DNA of 64,000 bases from Raillietiella orientalis. Taxonomy: Eukaryota. The stretch is taken from positions 2,480,001 to 2,544,000 of the forward strand of contig JAYWIR010000029.1 in the NCBI GenBank assembly GCA_036172245.1. The letters are read 5' to 3'. Within the stretch, counting starts at the first letter, position 1. Every line of letters starts with the position of its first letter. Shown here one piece after another: positions 25,412-38,466 of this stretch. Both the position numbers and the translations under genes were made by a program. Under the pieces are notes generated by a model. It ran no database searches. It worked only from the letters and a program-made list of their open reading frames with translations, and was not told the origin of the DNA.

Positions 25412-26299
25412 CACTTCCAGTTGCAAGGATCGCTTCCGGTAGGTTCCCGTTTTCCCTTCGCTCCCTGGGATCCGACGTCCGCCGAGCCGCTCGAAGACTC
25501 GTGGCGTCGCCGCAGCCGTCCATGCCGATGCCGGTTTCTTCCCCAGGAACCCTTCTTCTCCTCTACTTTTCTTCCCATCTCATCCGGAGTGGTGCCCAAA
25601 AGGAGTTGCTGGAACCTCGAGAAATAAGAGGTCGTCCGCCAGAGAACCTGACGGCGGAAACCGGCGACTGCGAAGACATCGCCGACGGCACCGAGAAAGG
25701 GAACAGGAGATCTCCCTAGGTCAACATCAGCCAGCGGAACTCCTTGCATGCGGGATGAAAGAGGGAGGGAGGGGGGAAAGGGGAATTTCCCGATGACCTT
25801 CGGGGAACGTCAGCGGCAATTCCTGGGCAAGCTGTCGGATAAATTTGATGACGAGCAGTGAATGATGACTGACGGAAGACGGTCCGCAGCATCCCTGCGA
25901 TAAGGAGTACATGCGGACTGGGGGCGCGCGTCCTCCCAGGCAGGCGAGAAACCGGGACGTAGCATCACGACAGATTGAATGCCCTCGCAGATTACATCCC
26001 GGACATCGGTCACGCACGGGATACTAGCGTCGAAGCTACATCTGTGAATTATTCAATTAGGACCGGAGGGCGAGCGTCCTCCTCCGCGCAGAACGGGATG
26101 AAGATGATGGATGCTGAGCGGACTGTCAATAAAATTCCTCCGGAGAAGATCGAAGTGATCGATTTCTACTGATGCTGCCGTGACCTACATATGCAGCGGT
26201 GTCGCCGCCCTGTGACGGCGCGCAGAGGCTTCGAGGGCTCCAGCAACAGGCAGACGGAGGCGCCCCCCCCACGCCTCTGCCCACGCTGCTAAGCCACCA

Positions 26300-27350
26300 G
26301 CTATTCTCTCTCCCCCGGAAAGCAGGTAGGGTCTGACGAGGGGCGCGAAGGGCACGGGAGTAATAGCCTCGGGGTGGAGGAACCGCCTCCTTGTTCCGCC
26401 AGATCGGCAGATTGGACATCTCCGGGAAGGCGGTTTTTCCACCCCGCATTCCATCTGGACAGTCCTTTGCATCGGGCGTTTGGAGAACGAGGAGCGTCGA
26501 TCTGGGGGAGAGGCAGTCCTTCCTTCCTCCGCGACCCTCGAAGAACTGCCCGAAAAAAAAAAAACCTCGGGAGCTCTCGCGGGTTCGCGTTGGGAATCTT
26601 CCCGTCAGGAACCACGGCAGTGGAAGTAGGAGGGACGAGTTTCTCCCGGGAAAAATCGAGAGGGAGCGGAGAAAAAAGGCAGCTCGAGAAGCACCCTGAG
26701 GCAGCATCTGGGAGCCGAATGGGCGCCACACGTCTTCCTGGACGCCGACGGTGCTGCAGCGCGCTCCGGCGGAGCTCCAAGGAGCATCCGAGGAGCTTGC
26801 AGCAGCACCAAGGATGAGCTCGCGCGAAGGCTGGCTCGCCTCAGGAGCAGCTCATGACCTCTTGGAGGCTCTTGCACCGAAGAGTCAGACCGCGTCCACT
26901 CTCGCGGGCTTCTGTGAGGTGGGCCGCTCCGCCTCCGCGTGGAACGGGCCGGAGGACTCAGTGCGAAGCGCAAAGGGAAAATCGGAGAAGAAGGGAGGGG
27001 AAGGGAGGGGTAGGAATCGCTTTCTTCCGAAGGTCACGAGGGAGAGCGCGGAACCAGCGCGAGGGCTTCGAGCGAACAGATCGCATCTCACACGACCAGG
27101 AAGGAATGGGGGTAGTGGGGCGACCGACCTTCCCCGGCCTCGGGAACAGGAGCAACAGGAACGCGAGGGTCCTGTGAGGAAGGAAGAAAAAAGACTCGGG
27201 ATTCCCGTCCCGTCCCCGGGCCTTCGAGACCGGGGCGACGGCGACTCCACGCCGTCTTCTTCACCGCTTCACGCAGGGAGTCATCGACCCGCCTCCGCTA
27301 ACGCACCGATTCCGCATTCCTGTGGACCCCCCCCCACAAGAAGGGAGGGG
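26300..27350 (+). mobile_element. Possible old decayed L1/Tx1-like ORF2 3' remnant
   Basis: KRLGIP and LHRFTQGVIDP resemble ELLGIP and LRHWTQGRVD of the copy at about 46.5 kb. Confidence 0.3.
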
Positions 27351-28689
27351 TCGCGAGGAAAGGGACCGCGCTGCCTATACTCTGTAGCAAGGGGCAAAAA
27401 AAAAATAGGGCGGCGCTCCCCTCGTCCGAGAGGGGGCGAAATCAGGAGGAGCCGTTTCTCGGAGTCCGGTCGCGGGGGCGTTTCCAGGGAAAGAACCGAA
27501 GGGAAGGACCGGAGGTCCCGAAAGGCACGAGCACCATGGCCCCGAGAGAGGAGGAGGAGCGGCGGCGGCGGCAGGGAGAGCACAGGAGCCTCCTCCCTCA
27601 GCCTCAGAAAAGTCCCCTCGGATTCCTCCCTCGCCCTCGCGTGCCGGAAAGCTGCTTCCGGTCGACTTTTCGAGTTCCTATGGAGACTTGGGGAGGACCT
27701 GGAGCCGCGAATAAGACCCTGAAGGCCTTGACTTTCCCTTAGGGGTTGCGACAGGGAATGACTCCGTTCCTCAGCCAGTCACAGGTCACTGCACAAGAGA
27801 AGAGTCCGCAAACTGGGGCTCTCTGGGAACGGAGGCATGGCGGAGGAGGGAAGAAGGTGGAATGGCGCTGGAGAGCGCCGGAAAGATTCCCTTTCCTCTT
27901 TCTTCCCTCGAAGGCAGCGTGGGAGATGAAGAAGACGAACGTCCCCCTTTTCTCTCCGGACAGGAGGCGGCCCTTCCGGTCATGCGTTCGACGCTCAGGA
28001 GGAATCCGAGTCTAGGCGAGGCAGGGAGAGGGGAGGGGGGAGAAGCGCGGACATAGCGCGGCGAGAAGTCCCTGTAGGGTCCGGTGGCGCTCACTGGGAC
28101 TCCTCGGCGGCGCCAGAGAGGAAGACGGCAGAAGGCACCGCCGGAGAACCTCCGCATCGCCCCCGAACCGCTCGGCAGCATCGACGGCATCGACAAAGGG
28201 GGTCGCAAGGAGAGCCGCTCCTCGCGGCCGCAGGGACTTCCCCCGAAAGTCCGGGAAGGGAACAAAGGAACGCCGGCGACGAAGGGAGAAAAGGGGAGGA
28301 GTAGCGGTCGCGTGAGGCTGCAGATGAAAGCATCCTGAAAATCCCATCATCTCCCGGAAGCCGCGCGCTTCCTCCCCCTTCCCCTCCTCTCCCGCTCGGA
28401 TTTCCCGGAAAGAGGAAAGGCGGGAAGGGAGCGGGGAAGAGAGAGAAGGGGAGAGAGCTTGGGTGTCTCCCTCTCTACCTTTTTTCTACCGTCCACCCTC
28501 CCTCCCTCCTTGAAGACGGCGAGTTTTGCGCTCCAGCTCCCTCCGTGCCTGCGGGCAGCGGCATCGTCATCCGAGGGAAGGAAGGAGGGGGCCTCGGAGG
28601 AGAGGGAATGGGGGCGGGAAAGAAGAGGAGGGACGCGCGAGAGAGGAAAGAAAGGAGGGAGCCAGGCGAGAACAAAGAAGAGGGCAAAC

Positions 28690-28804
28690 CTTCTCTGCCG
28701 ACGAAGCCGGAGGAGTATTCCGCGCGATCGTCGGCGTCCGCCAGTGCGGTTGTCATGACGACGCAGGACACGATCACCAGCACCGCTCGCTCACGCACGC
28801 TCAT
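28690..28804 (-). CDS. Exon 1 (signal peptide) of a predicted type-I membrane protein with two EB-like Cys-rich modules
   Basis: gccATG at 28804; MSVRERAVLVIVSCVVMTTALADADDRAEYSSGFVGRE has a basic N-region, hydrophobic core and A-x-A site; donor AAG|GTTTGC is phase 1, matching the next exon. Confidence 0.6.
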
Positions 28805-29499
28805 GGCAGGATGGCGGCGGCAGCACCACGTCCTGCATGTTAGCAACACCAGATCGACGGCAGCGCAGGATGCAAACTCGCTCGCCGCATCCCGAGGAAG
28901 CCGATCTCGCTTCCTCCCTTCGTCCTTGTCCTCCCCCGTCCCTCCCTTCTAACGACATCGATTCGCGGCGCCCCTTCCGCGCAGGAGCGAAGTCGCCCGC
29001 GACGCCGCACTGCGTCCGGGGCCGCGAAGGCAGGACCGACCGACCGTGCGGCGCCTCCCTCCCGAGGAAAAGAAAGGGAACGGAAGGTGGCGGCAAGGGA
29101 AGGGTCGGGAAAGGAAGGCGGGGGAGAGGAAGAGGAAAAGGAACAGATCGCTCCGGCCGAAAGGGAGGGAGGGGAGAGATCCTTCAGGAGAGGTGAGGTT
29201 CTGGAGGCAGGAAAAGCTCGGCGAATCCTAAGCGCGTTCCTCTGCTCCCTATAGACCGGGAAGAGGAGACGCGGCGCTTTCGGCGGTTCCTCCTAAAATG
29301 GTGGGATCCGGGAAGCCTTCCTAAGGCCTCGGGTGCGACGGAGGAATGAAGAGACGACCTGCCGAGGGAGCTCAGCGCGCTGCCGGATACTCAGCAGCAG
29401 CATCCTGGGATCCTCGAGAAGGACAGGGAGGCCGGTGCGGTCCATGCATTTGGGAAGGTTGAGGACAGGGTCTTCGAGGGATCTTCCGCTCCTTTCGGC

Positions 29500-32435
29500 T
29501 CTGAGAGGAGATCTGAGTTTTTTATCTGAGTTTGTGTGTGGAGTCGGTGGTGGTTTAGGCAACCATGCCTGACACCACTACCAGTGAGGATCTGGGAGCA
29601 ATGTCCTCATCGTCCCCGGAGGATGGAAGTGGAGGCTCTCACACCCGCAGTTGCGCTTCCCACGCTAGCGAGGGCGTAGAACACCGTGGCTGCCACACCT
29701 ACGCCGGCGGCTATGGCGGAGATGAAGGTCCACTGGAGGAGGGGTATAACCCACCCCTCCTATACAAGGTAGGAAGTCTATATTCTCACGAGAGCGCGCG
29801 CGCCTTCTCGCAGGCGATCCGCGCTCTCAACATGCAAAAAGAGGAGCTTCTGGCTATGTGCATCAAAAGCGGGGACAATTCGTCGAGGTAATCTGCAAGG
29901 AGGCAACTTTTGCGCAGAGACTCCTTAAAACCCCTGTGCCGATAGGAAGCCAGAGGCTCCTCCCGGTAACGAAGGACCGATCTGTGATCGTCCACCTAAC
30001 CAGAATAACGTTCGGATGACCAAAGAGGCCGTCCGGAACGAATTGGAAAAATTTGCAACGGTACACGCGCTGTGGGGTAAGCCCACCCCGTTCGTGGACT
30101 TCGACAGGGTGCTGGGAGGCCTGGAGGCAGCGCGAGTCACGGTTCGCGAGGGGTGTGTGTTTTCCCACAAACTGGATGTCAACGGTGAATCCGTTGACGT
30201 CTGGTACGTGGGGAAACCGAAGTTCTGCGGCTGCTGCAGAAGATAAGGTGTCCGAATGTGCAGTGCCAGCAGTGCAAATCTACGGGGCACACTCGTCGGC
30301 TGTGCCCCCAAAACACAGTCCGTGTCGCGTCCGCAAGAAATGCGAGAAAGCTCGCGGCGAAAAAAAGAAAGAATCCAGCAGCGCGAGCTGCAGCTAGACA
30401 AGTAACCTCCGCAACCAAGGCGAAGGCCAGCTCCGAGACCCCGGCGGAAAACGCCGAGAAGGTTGAGGACGATGGCCAAGAACCGGGTTGGCAGGAGGTC
30501 AACTCCAAGACGAAAAATAAGAACAAGGAAAAAAACATCGCGAAACGGAGTTCCGGAGCGAAACCGCGCCGGACGCGAAAAAATCCAGAAATGCCGCGTG
30601 GTCGTCGAAAGGATTTCCTCCATCCACGATTGCGGCACACTCGAACTCTCTGCTGCCAACGCGCAACCCTCCGAGGACATATTTTTATTTCGGCATTTAA
30701 GATTCATGTTTTCTCTCACATAGAGCAGTATTGGGTAATGTAAAAGTTTGGAACATTTGTATTAAGATATTCTTAGATAAGTATTTGATAATTTTTTTTT
30801 TTTTTTGCATCAACAGTTTAGTGTCATTACGTTCACTGATATTTTGTTAGGAGTGAGGAACACTGGCACTGTTATAGTCAAAGGGAAAAGTGTTTATCTA
30901 CGAGGAGGGAACTCAAAGAGAAGCTGGGATGGCTACTCCTTGTCCAAGTGGGGTAGTGAAATCATTGGGATTTTCATCATGCAGGATTAGAGGAGTCAGT
31001 TCATGAGCATCATGGATGTGGGAGGAGATCGAAATTTTAGGAAGGTTTGGAGCTGTTTTCAACAAGGAGGGGAGAGAGGCCGCGACGTCAGTCACCGAGT
31101 CCACGCTCGATGACGTCGCTTTCAAGCGAGCGGCCGAGCTCGCTGCCTCGTTGCAGCGACCTTCCAAGGCCACCAAAAAGGCCTCGAGGCGTCCGGCTTC
31201 CGAAAATGGGTTCGAGATCTCGGACTACGAACAGGAAGTCGGGAAAGCACCTTCCGTCGCCGCGGCACCCCCTTGGAAGACTGGACGCAAGTCCAAGAAT
31301 TCCCGGAAGATCGTCCCCCCCGTCGAAGGGGAAGAGATGGCCTCTGGAGGAGAGGGTGCCATGAATGTGGGAAACTCCCGGGACCCGTCGCCCGAGAAAC
31401 TCCCACGCTCCGACACGGAGGAGATGGAGGGGGTAGAAGCCGTGCACCAGGTGCCTCAGGTTCCTGACACGGCCGTCCTACTTATGGACACCCCGATCAC
31501 CTGCCTCTCGGCAGATGCCGCAACGCCACTTTCCCAGTCTTAATGCCGGGAATCGTCTCTCGCCGTCGTCTGCTGATCGCCTGTTGGAACGTTAACGGGC
31601 TGAGAAACGACGGCAAGAGACGAGACGTGGCCGCCACCCTGGCATCCTTCGATCTGGTGCTGCTGCAGGAGACTCACGTGATCTCCGCAGATCAATCTCG
31701 GGAGATCGAACGGATCTCGGGTGGACGGCTGCTGTGGCGCTGCGTCACTGTCAAATCTAGCGGTGTCGCCTTCCTGCTTCAGGCAGCCATCGAGGCCGCA
31801 GTAAAGGGCGTACGGTTTGATGGCGCCGGTCGCGTCGGCCAGCTGACTCTCAGCTGGTCCGACTCCACCGACCTGGTCATCACCAACCTGTACGCTCCTA
31901 GCGGAAGCGACGCATCAAAGGTCAAGGCAAGAAGGGAATTCTACCTTGCCCTGAGACGCGATTAGCTGACCGAAGCAGGCGTTCGCAAAGCGCACCTGAT
32001 CGCAGGTGACTTCAACCTGCGCCTGATGTCAGGTGCTCCGGACACACTTAGGGACCGCGTCAACGAGTTGTGCGCAGAAATGCACACGTACAGCTTGTTG
32101 GCCGGAGATAAGGACATGGTTCTCAGTATCGATCACGTGTTTCTTGACCAACACCTATGCTCTCGCATGGGCAGGCGCGACAAGTTACCCTCCGAGCTGT
32201 CGGACCATAGCCGGATCGTGTTCCAAGTGCATCCGCGCGACAGGGGCCCCCCTTCGTCAGCGTGGCGTCTCCCAGGGGACTGACTGAAGCTCCTGGAGGC
32301 TGCGGAACATATCCGCGCGTTCATACGGAGCTTCAGGATGCGGACGCTTCAGGACTAGGACCACTTCAAACTGTCGGTCCAGGAGTTCTGAGACCAGTTT
32401 GCTCTGCACCTCCTAACTGCGGGGTTTGGGGTTTC
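29500..32435 (+). mobile_element. L1/Tx1-like element 1: ORF1 (29565-31543, disrupted) and APE endonuclease of ORF2 (from 31543), 3'-truncated
   Basis: ORF1 VDVWYVGKPKFCGCC and CQQCKSTGHTRRLC knuckles; ORF2 IACWNVNGL, LLQETH, NLYAP, AGDFN, IDHVF, SDH; several stops and frameshifts. Confidence 0.92.
30678..31060 (-). mobile_element. AT-rich antisense insertion in ORF1 of element 1, probably the 3' end of an unrelated LINE
   Basis: Interrupts the alignment with element 2 ORF1; minus strand LKTAPNLPKISISSHIHDAHELTPL, internal A15 (T tract 30792-30806) and terminal AATAAA. Confidence 0.55.
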
Positions 32436-33210
32436 CACCCGGGTACGCCGGGGATTTATTAAACTTTACAAACGTAGTACGAGGCTCCACTAACGACCAA
32501 CACAAAACCGGACCTGCTGGGACGCCGGGACGCAGATTAGCGTGACTCTCCACGGCAGTGAAGGGGGATGGGGGGAAAAACAAAAAGTAAAAATAAAGAA
32601 AACCAAAAAAAAAAAGACTTTGGAGGGTCAGAAAGGGTTCACAGTTCACTGGGAGGGGGACCCATTCTTTTCAGGATGCCCTCGAGGTCCTTCAGCATTT
32701 GTCCCAGCTGGGGCCATCCCGTTGATCTCTCTATAAAGCGAACAGCATAAGGAATGACGTCCATCTCGTTTGCATCTTCTTCGTCGTGTGCATCGCTCCA
32801 AGCCGCCACGATGTCTAGGACGTAGCAAAGTGCTGCCAGGACTGCGGCTGGCTGCAGGGCGTCCCGCACGAAGAGGAGCCGGAAAACGTCTCTGGTCGCG
32901 CTGCCCATTGGGAGCCTGAAGGTCGTCCCAAACCGTCCCCATAGGAGTCGGAGGGCAGCACAATCAACGACGAGGTGGGGGAGCGATTCCCGCTCCCCAC
33001 ACCTGGCACACTCAGGATTTACTCTTCCCCGCGTCCTTCTAGGGAGCGGACGTGGTTTGGCATCGCTCCACGGACTGGTTAGTGGGAAGCTTTTCATTGG
33101 TTTTGTCTGGTGTGTGGGAGCGCCGGTGTCCCATGGCAGAAATGCCTGAGGACACCGCGATGGAAATTGGGTAGAGAGAGGCGACTTGCTCTCCTCCACC
33201 CATGGAAGTG
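32436..33210 (-). mobile_element. L1/Tx1-like 3' fragment A (C-terminal Cys motif and 3' UTR)
   Basis: CARCGERESLPHLVVDC; stop at 32639; terminal AATAAATCCCCGGCGTACCCGGGTG. Confidence 0.88.
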
Positions 33211-35023
33211 GGGGTGCCCGCCCCACTGAATCCGGGGCACTTGCCCCATCGGAATCGGGGGCAACCGCCCCTTCGCGACCCTCTTCGCCAGCGGCGAGGA
33301 GTTGGAGTGCCGTCGTTGCTGCACCATCCCCGGCTGCAGTTGCGGAGCAGACTGCCTACAAGGACAGCGGCTACAAACCGTCACTGATCTATAAGGTAGA
33401 CAGTGTATTTGACGGAAAGTACCATGCTCCTTCGAAATGGAGCTGCAATGGCTGAATGTGAGGGAGGAAGACCTTGAGGGCCTCTCCGTCCTTAGTGGGA
33501 ACAGCGAGTCAAGCTGACTTGCAGAGATGCAAGTCTGGCGCAGCGCCTGCTGAACACCCCCATTACGGTGGACGGCCGCAGGGTCTTCCCTGTGACGGAG
33601 GACCGCTCCGTCGTGGTCCACCTCACAGGCATGACACTCCGAATGGGCCAAATCGGAGTCCATGAGGAGTTGGCAAAACACGGTAATGTGCACGCGTATT
33701 GGGCCAAACCTAATGTCTTCCGAACGTACGGAAGGCTATTCAGTGGGATGGCCGCTGCCCGTGTCACATTACCAGAGAATGGTGGGCTTCCCCAAAAAAT
33801 AAACATCGGCGAAGAAAAAGTCGATGTTTGGTATGTGGGAAAGCCCAAGTACTGTGGCCATCGCGATGCCACAGGGCACTTAAAAAAACGGTGCCCTAAC
33901 ATCCAATGCCACTTATGTGGAAATAAGGGCCACATTCGCAAGGTGTGCCCGAGAAGAGAAATCCCGGTCCCACCCGCTGCCAAAAAGGTAAAGGGGAAAC
34001 GGGAGGGAGAGGAAAATAATTTAAAATAGGCTGTAAAAAGGCAGATGCCGGTCCCTAAATCCTCCCAGCAAACGTTGGTTGAGAGCACTCCCGACGACGC
34101 TGGCGACGGCGAAGGCTGGCAGATGGTACAGCCACGAAGAAAACCCGGGAGTCCCGAACAAAACGTGGGGAAAACAAAAACGCAGCGCGAAAAACCGTGC
34201 CGCGAAAAACTCCGCACGTGTTCGGTGACATAAGAGAGTGTGGAGGCACTCGATGCCGCCACCGGGGGAGCAATCCCCCCCCTCGCATCCGCCGAAGCCT
34301 CGACGGTCGATGGCGAACCCTCTTGGGAAACAGAGGAGGAACAGCGCGCCGCGCTCGACGCGATCGAGGAGGCCGCCTCCCAGTAAGCGGTGGAAGAACT
34401 CGCGGCTGAACTGCAAGACCGTGAGAAGAACTCGCGGAAAGCCTTACGAAGGCCGGCCGCGAGGAAGACTCCAGAGGCAGGTGAGGCCGATCCAGAAGCC
34501 GGAAGTGCGTCCTCCTCAGCGGAGGCGCCACCAAAGAAGACGCTTCAGGACATCAAGTCCCAGAATCCCAGGAGGCGCATCCGGACCAAGAAGGAGGGGG
34601 AAGCCGGCAGCGTGGGAGGCGAGGGTGGGAATCTCTCATTCCCCGACACTGTGCAGCTGGCGACTCCCATGGAGGAGGAAGTGCAGGTGGGTAAACCCCC
34701 CCTTCCTCTGCACGGCCCTGCCTACGATTCGGCCCCCATCGAGGAGGGAGAAGCGGTGCGCGACGCACCCCCTCCTCCTAGCGTCCCGCCCGACCAGGTG
34801 GCGCGAGCCCCATTGTCACTTTCCCAGGATTAGCACCTGGGATCGCCTGTCGCCGTAGGATCCGCGTAGCCTGCTGGAACTTCAACGGGCTGCGCGATGA
34901 CGGCAACAGGCGGGATACGGCCGACACCGTGTGACTTGACCTGGCGCTCCTGCAGGAGATCCACGTGATCACCGCAGAGAACGCCCAGGTGACCAAGAGG
35001 ATCGCAGGGGGTCGTCTGTTTGT
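33210..35023 (+). mobile_element. L1/Tx1-like element 2: ORF1 and first codons of the endonuclease
   Basis: GYKPSLIYKV, VDVWYVGKPKYC..GHLKKRC, CHLCGNKGHIRKVC; VACWNFNGL and LLQEIH after the ORF1 stop at 34833. Confidence 0.9.
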
Positions 35024-38000
35024 CACCCGGGTGCGCCGGGGCGTTTATTACAATACTATCCAGGAACAGAGTTCCCGGACAAAGGATACAGAATAAACGA
35101 AGGGAGGGATCCTCGACACGCAGGTCGGTATACGGAAAGTCCGGAACGGGAGGGAGGGGACCACAAATACACTTATATAAAAATAAAAATAAAGATATGG
35201 AGGGTAGGGGACAGGGGTCTTTGGTAAGGCCGTTTCTTCCTTTCAGAACCGGCGATGAATGCCGGCGATCTCTCTTCTCACGCTCTCTGGTAGGTGGGCC
35301 CACTCGGCAGCCGACGACATGTTCGCGCTGGCTAATCCGGTGGGCTGACGAAGGATGGCCAGCTCCTCCAACTCTCGGTGGGCCTTGTCGATGGCGCGGG
35401 TGCAACACACGGTTGCAACGACAGCACCTAAAGACAGGCCGCCTGGCGTGAAGAAGCGGCGCATCAAGTCTCTTGCGTTGTCCCCCTGGTGCAGGAGAGC
35501 TGAGGTCAGCCTCCGCCACAGTCCTTCGAGGACACCGCATTCCAAGAGCAGGTGCGGGAGCGTTTCCACTTCCCCGCACCGCTTACAGTTTGGGGAGACA
35601 ACTCCCCCGGAAACACGGTTCGTCCGCTGGTTGGAGTGAAAACCCAAATGCACCAGCATAATGACGTCCTGTTTCCAGTTTAGAGGGAACACAGAAGTGT
35701 TCAGGCACGAGGGAGGGACCACGAGTTCTTCGGGAGGCACACTCAAATGTTCACTCCACCGAAGGAGTCCCTTCGAGATGTTGCGAGGCGTGGCGGCATC
35801 TGCCAGCTCGCTAGTCCTCCAGCCGCCTATGGGTCGTGTTGCTCCCTGCGATGGTGCAGGCGACCTCCCACCTCGCCGGTTGGCGGCTGTCATCGCTTGC
35901 CCTGAGGGCTGACAGCGCGTCTGCGAAGGGCGTGACGGCCAGGCGGGTCCACTTCTCCTGGCTGTTGCAGACCTCATCCACCGTGCAGTACGGGGAGAGG
36001 TGAGCGCAACGGAGTTCCAGAAGCCAAACATCCTGTTGCTTTGCCCAGGCATGCAAGGGTTTCTGCAGCCAGGCTTCAAAGTTCGTTGGGTGGCAGGCGA
36101 TCCATGCGTGGGCTGCCAGGAGCCGGTAAAGCGGTTTCAAGGGGAAACCGAAGCTTCTCGTGGTGCGTTCCGTATGCGGCCGGAGCGACAGAAGTCCATC
36201 GCTGCCGGTGCAGCGCCGCAGGAGCAGGCGCGCGGGAGCGCACCACGGAGTGGACCAAAGGTTGGTGCACAGGGCCAACATTCGAAGCTGCACCTGCAGC
36301 TCGATTCTCTCCAGCGTCAGGATGCCTAAGCCGGCATCCCGACGCGGAGCCGCCAAGTCTTTGAGGCGGATCCTGGACCTCGCAGGTCCCCACAGAGCGT
36401 TCCTCAACAGGCTGCGCGCCTGGAGCTTGGCCGAGTGGGGGGGCGGACAAACAAAGAGCAGGGGACGCAAGAGGGGGGCAAAGAAGGTGTTTCATACCGC
36501 GGCCCGCTCCGACAGGAGGAACCTGCCATGGTGGAACGGGCTCAGAGCACTCGTAGCCTTCCGAAGGCAGTCCGACCACACTTCCACTGGGCTGATGTTC
36601 CCCAGCGGAACGCCCAGATATTGGATGGACGAAGCGGTCGGGATCCCAGGCGGATCCAGTCGGACTGCCCCTCCCACGCCGCACCAATAGGAACGACCAC
36701 GCTCTTACTCCGGTTTACGCTCATGCCCGCACCACGACGAATCAGCTCGAAGAAATCCTCGAGACTGGACGCCGGGGTGGTCATGGGTAAGAGGAGAAGC
36801 AGGTCGTCAGCATAGGCCGCCACGGACGGCGTTCCTGGACAGGAGCTCGGCAGGCTGGCCAGCGTCAGCCTGTACGCCCTCAGCACCAACTCAAAGAAGA
36901 TGCTGAAGAGCAACGGACTTAAGCTATCGCCCTGCCTGATGTCCCGCCGCACCGGCACGCCGTACACGTGGCAGCCGCTGAAAGAGATGGAAATGAGCGC
37001 GTGGCGCCAGCAAGCGCGCAAATAGGCCACGAGGTGCACCGGGAGACGAGGCGTCCCAGGAGCTCCAGGAGGAGATCCTGATTCACGCAGTCGAACGTCT
37101 TGCGGAGATCGACCGCGACCGCCAAGGCACCTGGCGCTTCCTCAGGCCGAATGCAGCGACGCCTAGCCGCGGCAGCCGCAGATGCGGTTACCTGGCTGTC
37201 GTGCGCCACGCAGCGTTGCAGCTCGAGCCACGTGGGCGCGAAGAACAGGTTCGCCTCCATGGACCGTCCGGGAACAGCGTAGGACTAGTCCGGACTTACC
37301 ACGGATCCAGCGATCCTACCTAGGCGCGCGACCCAGAGCCTGGAGAACAACTTGACGTCCGAATTCACCAAGGTGATCGGACGCCAGTTGCTTAATTGGC
37401 GCATGTCTCCGCCTTTCGGCAAGAGACGCACCGTTGCTGAGCGAAACGAGGCCGGGACATTGCCCGTCTCTCGCATCAGCGTAGAAAGCCTCAGCACCAG
37501 GGGGATGAGTTACGCCGCGGAGCACTGGAAGAACTCCGCAGGCAGACCATCCTCACCTAGCGCCTTACGCTTCTTAAGGCCCGCTATGGCGGAAGACACT
37601 TCTTCCGCCGTGAAGGGCAAGCCCAAAGTGGCGCGTTCCTCCTCGTCGACAGCAGGAGCATCCGCCGGCAGAAGCAGCTCAGAGACTGCGTTCCGTCGAC
37701 TTCCTAGCATACAACGAGTAGTAGCGCTTTAAGAGGCGGCGAACATCGGCCGCGCCCGAGCACTCCAGGCCCTGGTCGTCGAGCAGACAAGCCGCTCCTG
37801 ACTGCCAGACCTGGCGCTCGGCCTTGGCCTTGTATTCCTCAAGGTACCGGACGTCCGGGCATCGCGAGAGGTGGCGGGCCTGCAGAAACGCTCTGCTGTT
37901 GGCTACGCCTTCACTGAAGCCACGGGGAAGCAGACTCAAGGGGAACAGGCTGCAGAACTCGCGGACCGATCTTTTCAGATCGTCCCAGTCCACGAGCTCC

Positions 38001-38466
38001 CGAACGACCAAGCTCCGGAGATGCTGGCGGAGGTGCTCCGCAGCCACCGGATTTCTCAACCAGTTGGCCAGCAGCCTCCAGACGTGCGTCGGAGGGCCCT
38101 TGTCAGGCGGAGTAACTCCAACTCCAGCCTGTAGTGGTCGGACAGCTCGGACGGCATGGGACCTCTTCGACCCACCCGACAATGCAGGTGATCGTCGAGG
38201 AACACATGGTCCGGCAAAGCACGCATCCCAGGATCGTCGGCCAGCAAAATTCGAAGCGTGCACTGACGGCAAACCTTGTTCACCAGCCTCTTCTCTTGGC
38301 GACAGTGTGTCTCCTCCGATAGCGCGTGGACGTTGAAGTCCCCGGCTACGAGGTGAGCCACGTCGGGGCCGGAGTTGCTGAGCCAGCGGTTGCGCAGTCT
38401 CTCGAAAAACTCGAGTTTCTCGGTGTGACGCGCGGAGCCGCACGGCGCGTACACGTTCGTGACGAC
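35024..38466 (-). mobile_element. L1/Tx1-like element B: most of ORF2 (EN C-half, RT, C-terminal Cys motif) and 3' UTR, pseudogenised
   Basis: NVYAP, AGDFN, SDH; GEDGLPAEFF, LLPK..NWRPITLVNSDVK, DLRKTFD, IRQGDSLSPLLF, YADD, YLGV; CKRCGEVETLPHLLLEC; multiple stops and frameshifts. Confidence 0.95.

Noticed and set aside
26751..27722. 323-aa ORF and other long Arg/Gly/Ser-rich ORFs (e.g. 14729-15505, 19585-20439, 39217-40152)
   Set aside because: Expected in GC-rich low-complexity or antisense TE sequence; no domain signal
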